Shown here: piece by piece, positions 62,567-64,000 of the stretch
Numbering within the stretch: position 1 is the stretch's first letter
Layout: the number at the start of each line of letters is the position of its first letter
Assembly (NCBI GenBank): GCA_003563895.1
Contig: PWTK01000112.1
Coordinates: 158-64,157 of the forward strand
DNA: 64,000 nucleotides
Source: Syntrophomonadaceae bacterium
GTDB taxonomy: Bacteria; Bacillota; Dethiobacteria; DTU022; UBA8154
Reading direction: 5' to 3'
Translations under genes and position numbers: made by a program
Notes under the pieces: model-generated
Told to the model about the DNA's origin: nothing
Seen by the model: only the letters and a program-made list of their open reading frames with translations
Databases searched by the model: none

Positions 62567-62851
62567 CAGACTATCGAGTTTGCTCAGGATGACAATAAAA
62601 GAAGTCCCGCAAAAAAGAGGTTATAAAAGGTCACACTTACAAAAAGGTTTTGATCTCCTAAAGCTGGACACAGCCAGTGCCATAAAATTGAAATTCAAAA
62701 TGACCCCTTCTAAACGTAGCAAACATCATTGTTCACGCGATCGCAAGAAAAGTTTTTGCCAAATTTACAAAGAACTTGAGAATTAAGGGTCTAAAGCTGT
62801 GTTTGGGAGGCCACTCAACAAGAATTCCCTGAATTAAGTTGACCAGTCATG
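62567..62851 (+). repeat. Family-C repeat, copy C4, carrying a 124-bp nested insertion (62667-62790)
   Basis: C4 aligns to C3 on both sides of the insertion. CTAAAGCTG is present at 62658-62666 and 62791-62799. Confidence 0.85.
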
Positions 62852-62902
62852 TTGGTTTTTTCGTTTCTGTCGGCACCAGTGGGTTTGAAGGGGTTTGCGA
62901 AC

Positions 62903-64000
62903 CTAACCACCCAGGGGGAGGTGGCCGGCTGCAATGGTTTGGTCCCGCCTGGGCCCGACGGATACAAGCGCTATGGGGACATTTATCACCTCTTCAACGG
63001 CTTTCAAATATTGTTGAGCCTGGCGGGGGAGCAGCTCCATCCGACCCGTTTCGGTAACATCTTCTTCCCAGCCCGGCATGCTTTCGTAAACCGGATCGCA
63101 CTTTTCCAGGATCCCCAATCCGGCCGGGAATTCTTCCAGGCGCCGCCCTTCGCAGCGATAAGCCGTGGCAATTTTCACCTCGTCCAGCCCGGAAAGCACA
63201 TCGAACAGCGTGATGGCCAAGGAATTGAAACCGTTAATGCGTGCCGCATGGCGCAGGGCCACCCCGTCCAGCCATCCGATGCGTCGGGGCCGGCCGGTAG
63301 TGGTGCCGTATTCCCTGCCCCTTTCGCGGATCCGGTCCCCGATGATGTCCTTGAGTTCCGTGGGGAATGGCCCGTCTCCCACCCGTGTGGTGTAGGCCTT
63401 GGTGACCCCCATCACCCTGCTCACCCGGGACGGGGCCACGCCCAGCCCGGTGCAAATTCCGCCTGCCACGGGGTTGGAGGAGGTTACGTAAGGATATGTT
63501 CCGTGATCGATGTCCAGCATGGTGCCCTGGGCGCCTTCAAAAAGCACGCGGGCGCCCCTGTCCAGTTCGCGGTTTAGCAGCAGCGAGGTGTCGGTCAAGT
63601 ATGGTAGGAGTTCCCTGGCCGCGGCAAGGCACTCCTCCTCAATGCGGTTCACGGTGAACCCCTCTTCTCCGTAGACACCGGCAAACAACCGGTTTTTAAC
63701 CTCCAGGATAAAAGCCAGACGCAGCGCGAATTCTTTTTCGTCCAGCAGATCACCGGTGCGCAGCCCTTCGCGGAAGTATTTGTCCATGTAGGCGGGGCCG
63801 ACCCCCCGCATGGTGGTCCCGATCTTTTCTGCGCCCCTTGACTTTTCTTCCAACTCGTCCATTTTCTTGTGGTAGGGCATGATCAGGTGAGCCCGATCGC
63901 TGATAAATAACTTTTGGGGAACGATCCCGCGTCCCTGCAGAGCTTTCAACTCATCCAGGAGCACCGGGGGATCCAGGACCATCCCGTTTCCCAGGATGCA
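62903..64000 (-). CDS. purA: Adenylosuccinate synthase (5' end beyond the window)
   Basis: GTTMRGVGPAYMDK, TKAYTTRVGDGPFPTE and GTTTGRPRR. The reading frame stays open to position 64000. Confidence 0.95.
   Translation of the reverse strand, partial: CILGNGMVLDPPVLLDELKALQGRGIVPQKLFISDRAHLIMPYHKKMDELEEKSRGAEKIGTTMRGVGPAYMDKYFREGLRTGDLLDEKEFALRLAFILEVKNRLFAGVYGEEGFTVNRIEEECLAAARELLPYLTDTSLLLNRELDRGARVLFEGAQGTMLDIDHGTYPYVTSSNPVAGGICTGLGVAPSRVSRVMGVTKAYTTRVGDGPFPTELKDIIGDRIRERGREYGTTTGRPRRIGWLDGVALRHAARINGFNSLAITLFDVLSGLDEVKIATAYRCEGRRLEEFPAGLGILEKCDPVYESMPGWEEDVTETGRMELLPRQAQQYLKAVEEVINVPIALVSVGPRRDQTIAAGHLPLGG

Overview
64-kb chromosomal window from a moderately GC-rich Firmicute, Clostridia-like by gene order (inference). 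Almost all genes lie on the minus strand and are housekeeping genes in a Bacillus/Clostridium-type arrangement. The order is MATE exporter, ADP-forming acyl-CoA synthetase, the complete F1Fo ATP synthase operon (atpZ-I-B-E-E-F-H-A-G-D-C), thiolase, comEB, upp, glyA, rpiB, ywlE, tsaC. Next comes a nickel block (larB, larC, larE, fur-like, Na/Pi transporter, nikR), followed by prmC, prfA, DUF1385, rpmE, rho, tal, pyrG, speE, and metX-metY behind a SAM-I riboswitch. The window ends with lgt, cysK-like plus Fe-ADH, rlmH, htrA, murA, yycI, yycH, walK, walR, a flavoprotein, a LysM/M23 peptidase and a 5'-truncated purA. I found no rRNA, tRNA or CRISPR array. Five things stand out. (1) The atp operon has a fused double-hairpin c subunit whose second hairpin has Gln instead of the ion-binding Glu, next to a normal c subunit with a Na+-type motif. 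This is an F/V-hybrid rotor of the Acetobacterium woodii type. (2) The intergenic space is unusually large and filled with at least five families of short interspersed repeats, here called A, B, C, D and E. Several are nested in one another with target-site duplications, one is a 221-bp MITE with perfect 21-bp terminal inverted repeats and a 10-bp duplication, and two sister C copies bracket nikR. (3) Three genes show decay or recoding: an in-frame TAG in larB, a 1-nt frameshift in lgt and a half-size CaCA gene. There is also an IS1595 remnant. (4) Direct-repeat arrays lie upstream of htrA, nikR, speE and the M23 peptidase gene. (5) Strong terminators sit about 0.6 kb downstream of stop codons with repeat copies in between. 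All function calls come from reading motifs in the supplied translations. No database search was possible.
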